Shown piece by piece: positions 1-7,352 of a DNA stretch of 11,624 nucleotides; the stretch's first letter is position 1, and each line of letters begins with the position of its first letter. The notes under the pieces were generated by a model that saw only the letters and a list, made by a program, of their open reading frames with translations, did not search any database and was not told where the DNA came from. The DNA comes from Bdellovibrionales bacterium (lineage in GTDB: Bacteria > Bdellovibrionota > Bdellovibrionia > Bdellovibrionales > DASUEL01). The stretch is from positions 1 to 11,624 of the forward strand of contig JBFWOZ010000069.1 in assembly GCA_050250255.1 (NCBI GenBank), read 5' to 3'. The translations under genes and the position numbers were made by a program.

Positions 1-31
1 GTACTGATAAAGAACGGATAAAAAATGAGAA

Positions 32-150
32 GCCCTGACTTAACAACCCACCCGAAGACCCAAAACGGCAGTAAATAAAAAGTCTGCAGAGGCCAAAGTT
101 TATTTACTTGACCGACTTCTTCATAGATGGATGACGGGTTAAGCAATGAG
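32..150 (-). other. Long imperfect hairpin element (candidate ncRNA or structured leader; attC-like ends)
   Basis: Nested inverted repeats: AGTAAATAAA 70-79 / TTTATTTACT 99-108; CGGC 66-69 / ACCG 111-114; GAAGA 54-58 / TCTTC 118-122; CTTAAC 39-44 / GTTAAG 138-143. Several mismatches become G-U pairs only on the minus-strand RNA. A U6 tract follows (plus-strand A20-25). Confidence 0.45.
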
Positions 151-156
151 TTTGTG

Positions 157-186
157 AGTATAACTTTAGGACTAGCTGAGTTTCAA
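157..186 (-). promoter_or_regulatory. Putative sigma70 promoter TTGAAA-N18-TATACT, predicted start site near 150
   Basis: Minus-strand -35 TTGAAA (plus 181-186) and -10 TATACT (plus 157-162), each 5/6 consensus, directly upstream of the hairpin element. Confidence 0.5.
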
Positions 187-193
187 AGCGAAC

Positions 194-1006
194 CTAAGTA
201 ATCCGTCGCTCTTCCACGCGCGTGAGAAGGCGTTGAAGCATCTGCAAACGGTTCTCATGAGTTCGCTGTTGAGCGATCTCCTCGAGATCAACGGGCTGAA
301 CCGTGACCTGCGAAGCCTGAAGGCGCGAAAGAAGAAGCTTTCTTCTTTTTTCTACCTCAGGATGCGGACCCAATTCATTCGTAGCTTTTTGAAGCACGTT
401 CAATGCGCTTTCGGAATCATTGCGAACAATATAAGCATCGGTCAGAGAAAGATAACGATCGAGAATACGTTGAGTGGTTAAGGCGTCTAACAAAAAAGGC
501 GCCGAAGAAAACTCTTCGGTTACTTCAGGAGTCAAACTCTCAACAGCTTCTGGAAGCTTCTTCATTGCAAAAGCATCTTCTTCGTATTCGTCGGCAGTGA
601 GACTCTCTAGCTTTTGCACCGAGTGACTCGCTTTTTCATCGGTGGGATTCAAAAACAGCACCATTTTAAAAGCTTTCAAGGCTGATTTCATCTCTCGCAC
701 TTGCAAATAACATTCACCTAAAAGGGAGTGCCCCAAAATATTTTCGGGAGAAAGCTCAACCGCGACCTTGAGCTGTTCGATCGCAAGTGGATACATTTTT
801 TTCTCAATCAAAATTTTCGCCAGAGCGACACGGCCACTTGGAAAATGAGGATGTTTTTTAACCCCAATCTCGCAAATGCGATGGGCCTCTTCCAAAAGTC
901 CCATTTTTCGATAGGCTTCGGCCAAAGGCGCAAAGATTTTCGAATTAGGATCCTGTTGATAAGCTAGCTGATAGCGTTCAATAAATTCTGGGTTCACCGA
1001 TGACAT
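194..1006 (-). CDS. Tetratricopeptide repeat protein, likely Bd2492/SgmX C-terminal-TPR-like (putative MglA partner)
   Basis: 270 aa with tandem TPR-like helices (FAPLAEAYRKMGLLEEA; GRVALAKILIEKK; GHSLLGECYLQ; ALKAFKMVLFLNP), an acidic linker, a further TPR-like unit and a C-terminal amphipathic basic helix (LQMLQRLLTRVEERR). The TPR call is firm; the orthology is from recollection of the family. Confidence 0.85.
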   Translation of the reverse strand: MSSVNPEFIERYQLAYQQDPNSKIFAPLAEAYRKMGLLEEAHRICEIGVKKHPHFPSGRVALAKILIEKKMYPLAIEQLKVAVELSPENILGHSLLGECYLQVREMKSALKAFKMVLFLNPTDEKASHSVQKLESLTADEYEEDAFAMKKLPEAVESLTPEVTEEFSSAPFLLDALTTQRILDRYLSLTDAYIVRNDSESALNVLQKATNELGPHPEVEKRRKLLLSRLQASQVTVQPVDLEEIAQQRTHENRLQMLQRLLTRVEERRIT

Positions 1007-1102
1007 CTCTTTTATAAAAACACGGAAGCCCCCTTTTTTTCAACAAAGAAAGGCTTGATCGCCCGGCCAAACTTCGATTTGATGGGTTTTAATGAGGTTC
1101 AT

Positions 1103-1615
1103 TTGAGAATACTTGGCATCGATCCTGGCAGTCAGAATGTGGGTTTTGGAGTGATTGATGTTCAATCCGAAAAACTCCGCTATGTAGAACACGGAGTGAT
1201 CCAACTCAAGGCGAAGGAAGAGTTTCTTTCACGCATGAAGACATTAGGTGCGCGGATGGATGAACTTCTGTCACGTTTTCAGCCGCAAATTTTGGTGATC
1301 GAAAAAGCCTTTGTCGGAAAAAATGTCGACAGCGCCTTTAAGCTTGGCCATGCCCGCGGTATTTGCATTTATCTCGCAATGAACCGAGGCGCCTTAGTGG
1401 CGGAATATGCGCCCCGCGAAATAAAAAAGGGAATTACGGGAAGTGGAGCTGCCGAAAAAGATCAAGTAGCGACCTGCGTACAAGCTCTCTTAGGGCTTAG
1501 AACCCTTGATTCCGTTAGCTTTGACGCCACAGACGCTCTCGCCATGGCGGTTCATCATGCCCATGTGCTCGAGCAACAGATCCGCTTAGATCCACGTCGT
1601 TTTCTTGACCGCTAA
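1103..1615 (+). CDS. ruvC: Crossover junction endodeoxyribonuclease RuvC
   Basis: MRILGIDPG N-terminus, VIEKAF, KLGHARG, EYAPREIKKGITGSGAAEKDQV and DATDALA motifs, with the catalytic acidic residues present. Start moved from 1055 to the TTG at 1103, which has GAGG at 1094-1097 and gives the canonical N-terminus. Confidence 0.97.
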   Translation: MRILGIDPGSQNVGFGVIDVQSEKLRYVEHGVIQLKAKEEFLSRMKTLGARMDELLSRFQPQILVIEKAFVGKNVDSAFKLGHARGICIYLAMNRGALVAEYAPREIKKGITGSGAAEKDQVATCVQALLGLRTLDSVSFDATDALAMAVHHAHVLEQQIRLDPRRFLDR

Positions 1616-1660
1616 GCCCGCCTAGGACAGCATGGGTGGTTTGTCAAAAGAGGAGTCCCT

Positions 1661-2227
1661 GTGATCGCTTTTCTAAAAGGAACATTGTTCGAAACCACCG
1701 CCGATACGCTCGTGATTGAAACGGGTGGGGTTGGCTACGAAGTGCATTGTTCGCAAAATACCCTGACGGACCTGATTGGTTCTGCAAGTGTGCAGGTATT
1801 TGTACATACACATGTGCGAGAAGATCAGATCACGCTTTTTGGGTTTTCAACTCGCATGGAAAAAGAACTCTTCATTTCTCTTAACAAGGTGAACGGAGTC
1901 GGCCCTAAGATGGCTCAAAAAGTGCTCTCGGGAGCTTCACCCACACATCTTATGGAAATGATTGAGCAGGAAGATGCGGCAGGTTTGAGCCGTCTTCCAA
2001 AAGTTGGTAAAAAAACGGCCGAGCAAATCATTCTGACTTTAAAAGGGAAGCTCCATTTAGATTTTGAATTGGCTCAACCTTCTTCTCAGAGAAAAGACAT
2101 TGTTTCTGCTCTCACAAATTTAGGTTTCAAATTGAACGATGTCGAAAAAGTGGTGAACCAATTTCCAACAGATTTAACAATGGAAGAAGGTTTGAAGCGA
2201 GGCCTCGCGGCCCTCACTCAATTGTAA
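1661..2227 (+). CDS. ruvA: Holliday junction branch migration protein RuvA
   Basis: [26 protein letters not shown], HhH motifs VNGVGPKMA and [13 protein letters not shown]-terminal ALTNLGF. GTG start with AGGAG at 1651-1655. Confidence 0.98.
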   Translation: MIAFLKGTLFETTADTLVIETGGVGYEVHCSQNTLTDLIGSASVQVFVHTHVREDQITLFGFSTRMEKELFISLNKVNGVGPKMAQKVLSGASPTHLMEMIEQEDAAGLSRLPKVGKKTAEQIILTLKGKLHLDFELAQPSSQRKDIVSALTNLGFKLNDVEKVVNQFPTDLTMEEGLKRGLAALTQL

Positions 2228-2235
2228 GAGGATTT

Positions 2236-3285
2236 ATGGCAAAAGCATCAGAAGGTACAGATACACGAATGTTGGACGCTCATAAAACAACTCAAGATCA
2301 GCAGTGGGAAAAATCCTTAAGACCCACCTCGTTTGAAGAGTTTCCTGGTCAGCATAAAGTGAAAGAAAAACTTCGTATCTTTGTAGAAGCCGCGAAAACT
2401 CGCGGAGAATCTTTAGATCACGTGCTTCTCTCAGGTCCTCCAGGCTTAGGAAAAACCACCCTTTCACACATTCTCGCACATCATTTGGGTGTGGAAATGA
2501 AATCGACTTCGGGCCCAGCTCTTGATAAAAAAGGCGAGCTCGCAGCAATTTTAACTTCTCTTAAGCCTCACTCCATTTTGTTTATTGATGAGATTCATCG
2601 ACTCAATACGGTGGTCGAAGAATATCTCTACAGCGCAATGGAAGATTTCACTCTGGATATCATTACCGGTGAAGGTCTTGGTGCGCGTGCCATGAAGTTT
2701 CAATTGGTTCCTTTTACTTTGATCGGTGCAACGACCCGTGCAGGCCTTCTCAATGCGCCTTTTCGTGATCGCTTTGGCATCGTAGAGCGTCTCTCTTTTT
2801 ATGATCGTAAAGACCTGCAGCAAATTCTGATTCGTTCTGCAAAACTTCTTCAGGTGTCTCTCACGGAAGAAGGAGCCGAGGAAATTTCCAGACGTTGCCG
2901 AGGAACTCCTCGGATCGCTAACCGATTGCTGAAACGTGTACGTGACTACGCTCTAGTAAAAGGGGATGGCAGGATCGATGGAAAACTTGCAACCTACGCT
3001 CTCAATCAATTGGAAGTCGATCAGATGGGTCTTGACGATATGGATCGTCGTTTACTTTCACTCATTTGTGAGAAATTTAACGGTGGTCCTGTGGGTGTCG
3101 ATACGCTTTCTGCTGCCTTAAACGAAGAGCGAGATACGATTGAAGAAGTTTATGAACCTTTCTTGATTCAAGAGGGCTTCATTCAGAAAACCCCTCGCGG
3201 ACGTATGTGCACACGACTTGCGTTTGAGCATTTGAAATTAGAAGTGCCTCAGCGCTCAACCCCACAACAACCCCCTCTCCTTTGA
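2236..3285 (+). CDS. ruvB: Holliday junction branch migration DNA helicase RuvB
   Basis: [12 protein letters not shown], Walker [10 protein letters not shown], Walker [40 protein letters not shown] and TPRGR motifs. Confidence 0.99.
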   Translation: MAKASEGTDTRMLDAHKTTQDQQWEKSLRPTSFEEFPGQHKVKEKLRIFVEAAKTRGESLDHVLLSGPPGLGKTTLSHILAHHLGVEMKSTSGPALDKKGELAAILTSLKPHSILFIDEIHRLNTVVEEYLYSAMEDFTLDIITGEGLGARAMKFQLVPFTLIGATTRAGLLNAPFRDRFGIVERLSFYDRKDLQQILIRSAKLLQVSLTEEGAEEISRRCRGTPRIANRLLKRVRDYALVKGDGRIDGKLATYALNQLEVDQMGLDDMDRRLLSLICEKFNGGPVGVDTLSAALNEERDTIEEVYEPFLIQEGFIQKTPRGRMCTRLAFEHLKLEVPQRSTPQQPPLL

Positions 3286-3300
3286 TGAGAATGTCTCCGT

Positions 3301-3448
3301 TTGGTCGAAATGATTTCATAACGCATATAATCATATTCCTATTTTCCAAATAGTTTCCTGATCATAACGAGATTGACACAAGGTTGTGCTGTGTTTAATT
3401 CTTACTAGCGAATTTTAAAATTCCCAAAAATGATCAGGAGATCAAATC
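3301..3448 (+). promoter_or_regulatory. liv operon promoter and structured 5' leader
   Basis: Perfect TATAAT at 3326-3331 (weak TTGGTC at 3301-3306, 19-bp spacer); perfect TTGACA at 3373-3378 with only a weak -10; TTTCCTGATCAT 3354-3365 complementary to ATGATCAGGAGA 3430-3441, which contains the SD AGGAG; 14-bp palindrome GAATTTTAAAATTC at 3410-3423. Confidence 0.55.
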
Positions 3449-4630
3449 ATGAAACAAAGATTGTGCAAAACTTCCCTGTTTTCTCTGCTTGTTATGACAG
3501 CGCTGACTTTCTCCGCTTGTACAAAAAAGAATGCGGATCCTGGAGCAGATGCACAGGCAACAGTCGCCTCTGACGAAATCCTTGTGGGTGAAGTGCTTTC
3601 GTTGACGGGAGCGGAAGCAACTTTTGGAACGTCTACTTCTAATGGAACAAAGTTAGCGGTTGAAGAAATCAATGCCGCTGGTGGGATCAAAGGCAAAAAG
3701 GTTCGCGTAATCACTCTTGATAACCAAGGAAAGCCTGAAGAAGCAGCAACCGCTGTGACAAAACTGATCACACAAAATAAAGTTCAAGTGATTTTAGGTG
3801 AAGTGGCAAGCTCCCGCAGTCTTGCAATGGCACCGATTGCACAAAATAGCAAAATTCCGATGGTGAGCCCGTCTTCAACAAATCCTAAAGTGACAGAAGT
3901 AGGGGATTACATCTTCCGCGTTTGTTTCATCGATCCTTTCCAAGGAAAAGTGATGGCAAAATTCGCTCTTGATCACCTTAAAGTGAAAAAAGTAGCGATT
4001 CTTCGTGACGTGAAAAACGATTACAGTATCGGTCTAGCAGATTTCTTCATCGAAACTTTTAAAGCCGGTGGCGGTACTATCGTTGCGGATCAAAGTTATT
4101 CCGCTCAAGATATTGATTTCAAGGCTCAGCTCACAGCGATCAAAGCCAAGAAGCCAGAAGCGATCTTTGTTCCTGGTTACTACACAGATGTGGGTTTAAT
4201 TGCTCGTCAGGCGAAAAAAGACGTGGGTATCAACGTTCCACTGCTTGGTGGCGATGGTTGGGACTCTCCGAAGTTGACAGAAGTTGCTGGAGACGCTCTT
4301 GATGGTTCTTACTTCTCAAATCACTACTCTGCAGAAGACCAATCTCCACACGTTCAATCTTTCATTAAGAAGTTCAAAGAAAAATTTGGGGTTATTCCAG
4401 ATGGTCTTGCAGCAATGGGTTACGATGGCGCGAAAGTCTATTTCGATGCTGTCAATCGCGCTGCCAGCTTAAAGCCATCTGATGTACGCGACGCTTTGGC
4501 AGCCACAAAAGGCTTTCAAGGGGTAACAGGCGTGATCAGCATGGATGAGAAGCGTAATCCTGTAAAACCAGCGGTGGTTATTAAAATCGTTAAAAAAGAT
4601 TTCAAATATCAAACGACCGTAAATCCGTAA
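3449..4630 (+). CDS. livK: Branched-chain amino acid-type ABC transporter substrate-binding lipoprotein (LivK/LivJ family)
   Basis: Signal peptide with lipobox FSA-C; class I periplasmic binding protein motifs SLTGAEATFG, INAAGGIKGKK, FRVCFIDPFQG, DFKAQLTAIK, GGDGWD, GYDG and FQGVTG. Exact ligand cannot be determined from sequence. Confidence 0.93.
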   Translation: MKQRLCKTSLFSLLVMTALTFSACTKKNADPGADAQATVASDEILVGEVLSLTGAEATFGTSTSNGTKLAVEEINAAGGIKGKKVRVITLDNQGKPEEAATAVTKLITQNKVQVILGEVASSRSLAMAPIAQNSKIPMVSPSSTNPKVTEVGDYIFRVCFIDPFQGKVMAKFALDHLKVKKVAILRDVKNDYSIGLADFFIETFKAGGGTIVADQSYSAQDIDFKAQLTAIKAKKPEAIFVPGYYTDVGLIARQAKKDVGINVPLLGGDGWDSPKLTEVAGDALDGSYFSNHYSAEDQSPHVQSFIKKFKEKFGVIPDGLAAMGYDGAKVYFDAVNRAASLKPSDVRDALAATKGFQGVTGVISMDEKRNPVKPAVVIKIVKKDFKYQTTVNP

Positions 4631-4666
4631 GTTGAATTTTGTTACTTGAGGTTTTAAAAGTTACAC

Positions 4667-5569
4667 GTGGTTGAATTTCTACAGCATATTATTAATGGAC
4701 TCTCTCTAGGAAGTATCTACGCACTCATCGCATTAGGTTATACGATGGTGTTCGGGATACTTAAGCTCATTAACTTTGCTCATGGCGATGTTTTTATGTT
4801 GGGCGCGTTTATCGGTATGTATAGCGCTCGCTGGCTGAATCTTGCAGATCATCCTTCTTTAGCATCTCTTTTTATTTGCTTGGCTTGTGCCATGGTTGGT
4901 TGTGCTTTAGTGGGCTTTTTGATTGAACGCTTAGCATATCGTCCTTTGAGAAATGCACCTCGTATTAACGTTTTGATTACGGCAGTTGGGGTTTCTCTCT
5001 TTTTAGAGTTTGCAGGCCAAATCGTATTTGGTTCTGACCCAAAACTTTTTCCTCCTGTTTACGCCCCCGAAGGTGATTGGAATATCGGTGAAATTCGCCT
5101 GAGCCCTCTTCATGGCGTCGTTTTTATTGTCTCCATCATTATGATGGTGATCCTCCAGTACGTGATTTTTAAAACTCGTCTCGGTCGTGCGATGCGCGCC
5201 GTGAGTTTTAATCATGATCTTGCAAGTCTCATGGGAATTCCCACGGATCGCGTGATCTCCTATACATTTATGATCGGATCCGCACTTGCAGGCGCTGCCG
5301 GCGTGATGGTGGGTCTCATTTATCCAAAAATTGAACCTCTCATGGGCGTTATGCCGGGCTTAAAAGCTTTCGTTGCGGCGGTTTTTGGTGGAATCGGAAA
5401 TATCACCGGAGCCGTAGTGGGAGCTTTAGTTTTAGGTCTCAGTGAAGAATTCCTAGTGGCTTACTGGGCGCCCACATTTCGTGATGCTCTCGCATTCTCT
5501 CTTTTGATTTTGGTTCTTTTATTTAAACCGACTGGGCTGTTCGGCACGAGCCGACGGGAGAAGGTATGA
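4667..5569 (+). CDS. livH: Branched-chain amino acid ABC transporter permease LivH
   Basis: NGLSLGSIYALIALGYTMVFGILKLINFAHG, ERLAYRPLR, TRLGRAMRA and KAFVAAVFGGIGN motifs; GTG start. Confidence 0.96.
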   Translation: MVEFLQHIINGLSLGSIYALIALGYTMVFGILKLINFAHGDVFMLGAFIGMYSARWLNLADHPSLASLFICLACAMVGCALVGFLIERLAYRPLRNAPRINVLITAVGVSLFLEFAGQIVFGSDPKLFPPVYAPEGDWNIGEIRLSPLHGVVFIVSIIMMVILQYVIFKTRLGRAMRAVSFNHDLASLMGIPTDRVISYTFMIGSALAGAAGVMVGLIYPKIEPLMGVMPGLKAFVAAVFGGIGNITGAVVGALVLGLSEEFLVAYWAPTFRDALAFSLLILVLLFKPTGLFGTSRREKV

Positions 5570-6561
5570 CGGCGACGCTCCGTTCTCTCAGCCTGTGGTT
5601 GAGTATCATTCTTCTCATTTGGCTTTTTGATATCTTCGGCTCTCAGGATATGAATCCTTATTATTTCAGTATCGTTATGTATGCTGGAATCAACGTGATT
5701 ATGGCCGTGAGCTTGAACTTAGTGAATGGCTTTACCGGCCAGTTTTCTATGGGGCACGCGGGCTTCATGGCTGTCGGCGCTTATGGTTCGGCCTACATTA
5801 CCACCACTCTACAAACAGCTTCGCCAGAGATGATGACAGGAACGCAAGCCACTTTAATTTTCCTCATTTCTCTTTTCGTGGGTGGCGGACTTGCCGCTCT
5901 TGCTGGTTACATTGTGGGTCTTCCTTCTTTGAGATTAAGCGGAGATTATCTCGCCATCGTCACTCTCGGTTTTGGTGAGATCATTCGCGTGGTTCTTTTA
6001 AATATGAATGTCGTTGGCGGAGCCCGTGGAATGCCGAGCATTCCGGCTCTTTCAAGTTTTGGCTGGGTTTACACTTTCATGGTGATCACCATTTTTGTGG
6101 TGTGGAGACTTTTAAAATCAGCACACGGTCGAGCTTTTCTCTCAGTACGAGAAGATGAGATCGCGGCTCAGTCGATGGGAGTGAACACGACGACGACGAA
6201 AGTGCGCGCTTTTGTTCTCTCCGCATTTTTTGCAGGCATCGGTGGCGGACTTTTTGCTCATTACTTACGCTTTATCAATCCTTCAACTTTCGACCTCAAC
6301 CGTAGCTTTGAAATCATCATCATGGTGGTGATGGGCGGAATGGGTAGCGTGACCGGTTCGGTCATTGCGGGAGCTTCTTTAACGATCTTGCGTGAAGGTT
6401 TAAGAGAATTACAGCAGGTGACTTTGATTGATCTTCGTATGGTGATTTATTCTCTTTTGCTGATTATTCTTATGCTCACGCGTCCCACAGGACTATTTGG
6501 CACAAAAGAACTTCCTGATCTTTTTGAGCGTTTTAGAAAAAAGTCAGGAGGGCAAAATTAA
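5566..6561 (+). CDS. livM: Branched-chain amino acid ABC transporter permease LivM
   Basis: SLNLVNGFTGQFSMGHAGF, LRLSGDYLAIVTLGFGEII, REDEIAAQSMG and GGMGS motifs; ATGA overlap with the livH stop. Confidence 0.96.
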   Translation: MTATLRSLSLWLSIILLIWLFDIFGSQDMNPYYFSIVMYAGINVIMAVSLNLVNGFTGQFSMGHAGFMAVGAYGSAYITTTLQTASPEMMTGTQATLIFLISLFVGGGLAALAGYIVGLPSLRLSGDYLAIVTLGFGEIIRVVLLNMNVVGGARGMPSIPALSSFGWVYTFMVITIFVVWRLLKSAHGRAFLSVREDEIAAQSMGVNTTTTKVRAFVLSAFFAGIGGGLFAHYLRFINPSTFDLNRSFEIIIMVVMGGMGSVTGSVIAGASLTILREGLRELQQVTLIDLRMVIYSLLLIILMLTRPTGLFGTKELPDLFERFRKKSGGQN

Positions 6562-7352
6562 TGTCGGTTGCTCTCAAGGTACAATCCCTCACCATCCAGT
6601 TTGGTGGTTTAAAAGCCGTTTCTGCACTCGATCTTTCGATTGAGAAGGGAATGATTTTTGGTCTCATCGGCCCCAACGGCGCGGGTAAAACCACCGTGTT
6701 CAACATGCTCACGGGAGTGTATCAGCCGACAGCGGGTACGATCGAAGCTTTTGATCAAAGCGTTGTGGGCTGTAAGCCCTACGAAATCACCGCTAAAGGT
6801 TTGGCGCGAACATTTCAAAACATTCGACTTTTTAAAGATCTTACCGTGCTTGATAATCTTATGGTTTCTCGCGATCAGAGCACGCAGACACCAAAATTTG
6901 GCCTTCTCCGTTCTGTTTTGAGAACTCCACGAGTGATGGAAGTAGAAGAGAGTAAGAAAAAAGAGTGTGTTGAACTTTTAAAACTCTTCAAGCTCGACCA
7001 TCGCAAAGACGATCTCGCTAAAAATCTTCCTTACGGTGCCCAACGCCGCCTCGAAATCGCACGTGCGATGGCGACCGGGGCTCAACTTCTTCTTCTTGAT
7101 GAACCAGCGGCGGGCATGAATCCACAAGAAAAAATTGAATTGATGAATACCATTCGTTTCATCCGCGATCATTTTAAAGTCACCGTGCTTTTGATTGAGC
7201 ATGATATGAAGCTTGTGATGGGAGTTTGTGAGAAAATTGCCGTTTTAGATTACGGCGTGAAAATCTCTGAAGGAAATCCCCAGCACGTGCAGAACGATCC
7301 GCGTGTGATTGAGGCGTATTTAGGAAAGGAGCATGCACATGTCAAATCGTGA
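6561..7352 (+). CDS. livG: Branched-chain amino acid ABC transporter ATP-binding protein LivG
   Basis: FGGLKAV, Walker A GPNGAGKTT, RTFQNIRLF, LivG-type signature LPYGAQRRLEIARA, LLDEPAAG, IEHDM and VIEAYLG; TAATG coupling to livM. Confidence 0.97.
   Translation: MSVALKVQSLTIQFGGLKAVSALDLSIEKGMIFGLIGPNGAGKTTVFNMLTGVYQPTAGTIEAFDQSVVGCKPYEITAKGLARTFQNIRLFKDLTVLDNLMVSRDQSTQTPKFGLLRSVLRTPRVMEVEESKKKECVELLKLFKLDHRKDDLAKNLPYGAQRRLEIARAMATGAQLLLLDEPAAGMNPQEKIELMNTIRFIRDHFKVTVLLIEHDMKLVMGVCEKIAVLDYGVKISEGNPQHVQNDPRVIEAYLGKEHAHVKS

Noticed and set aside
32..150. Left-edge hairpin as 6S RNA or SRP RNA
   Set aside because: Too short and without the large central bubble of 6S RNA, and it lacks the SRP domain IV motif. 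Kept only as an unassigned structured element.
233..967. Short plus-strand ORFs (233-481, 403-600, 728-967) and the other 60-110 aa ORFs inside ruvB, liv, peptidase and recG genes
   Set aside because: They are antisense or out-of-frame shadows of well-supported genes and have no recognisable motifs.
1055..1102. N-terminal extension of RuvC in the ORF track (also the 9667-9756 extension of the HD-GYP ORF and the 7333 start of livF)
   Set aside because: Longest-ORF artefacts; downstream starts fit family N-termini or SD spacing better.
3410..3423. AATTTTAAAATT as a CodY box upstream of the liv operon
   Set aside because: It lacks the central CWG of AATTTTCWGAAAATT, and CodY is a Firmicutes regulator.
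4631..4678. Direct repeat GTTGAATTT after the livK stop and at the livH start
   Set aside because: Only 9 bp, AT-rich and in two copies; consistent with chance, with no insertion evidence.
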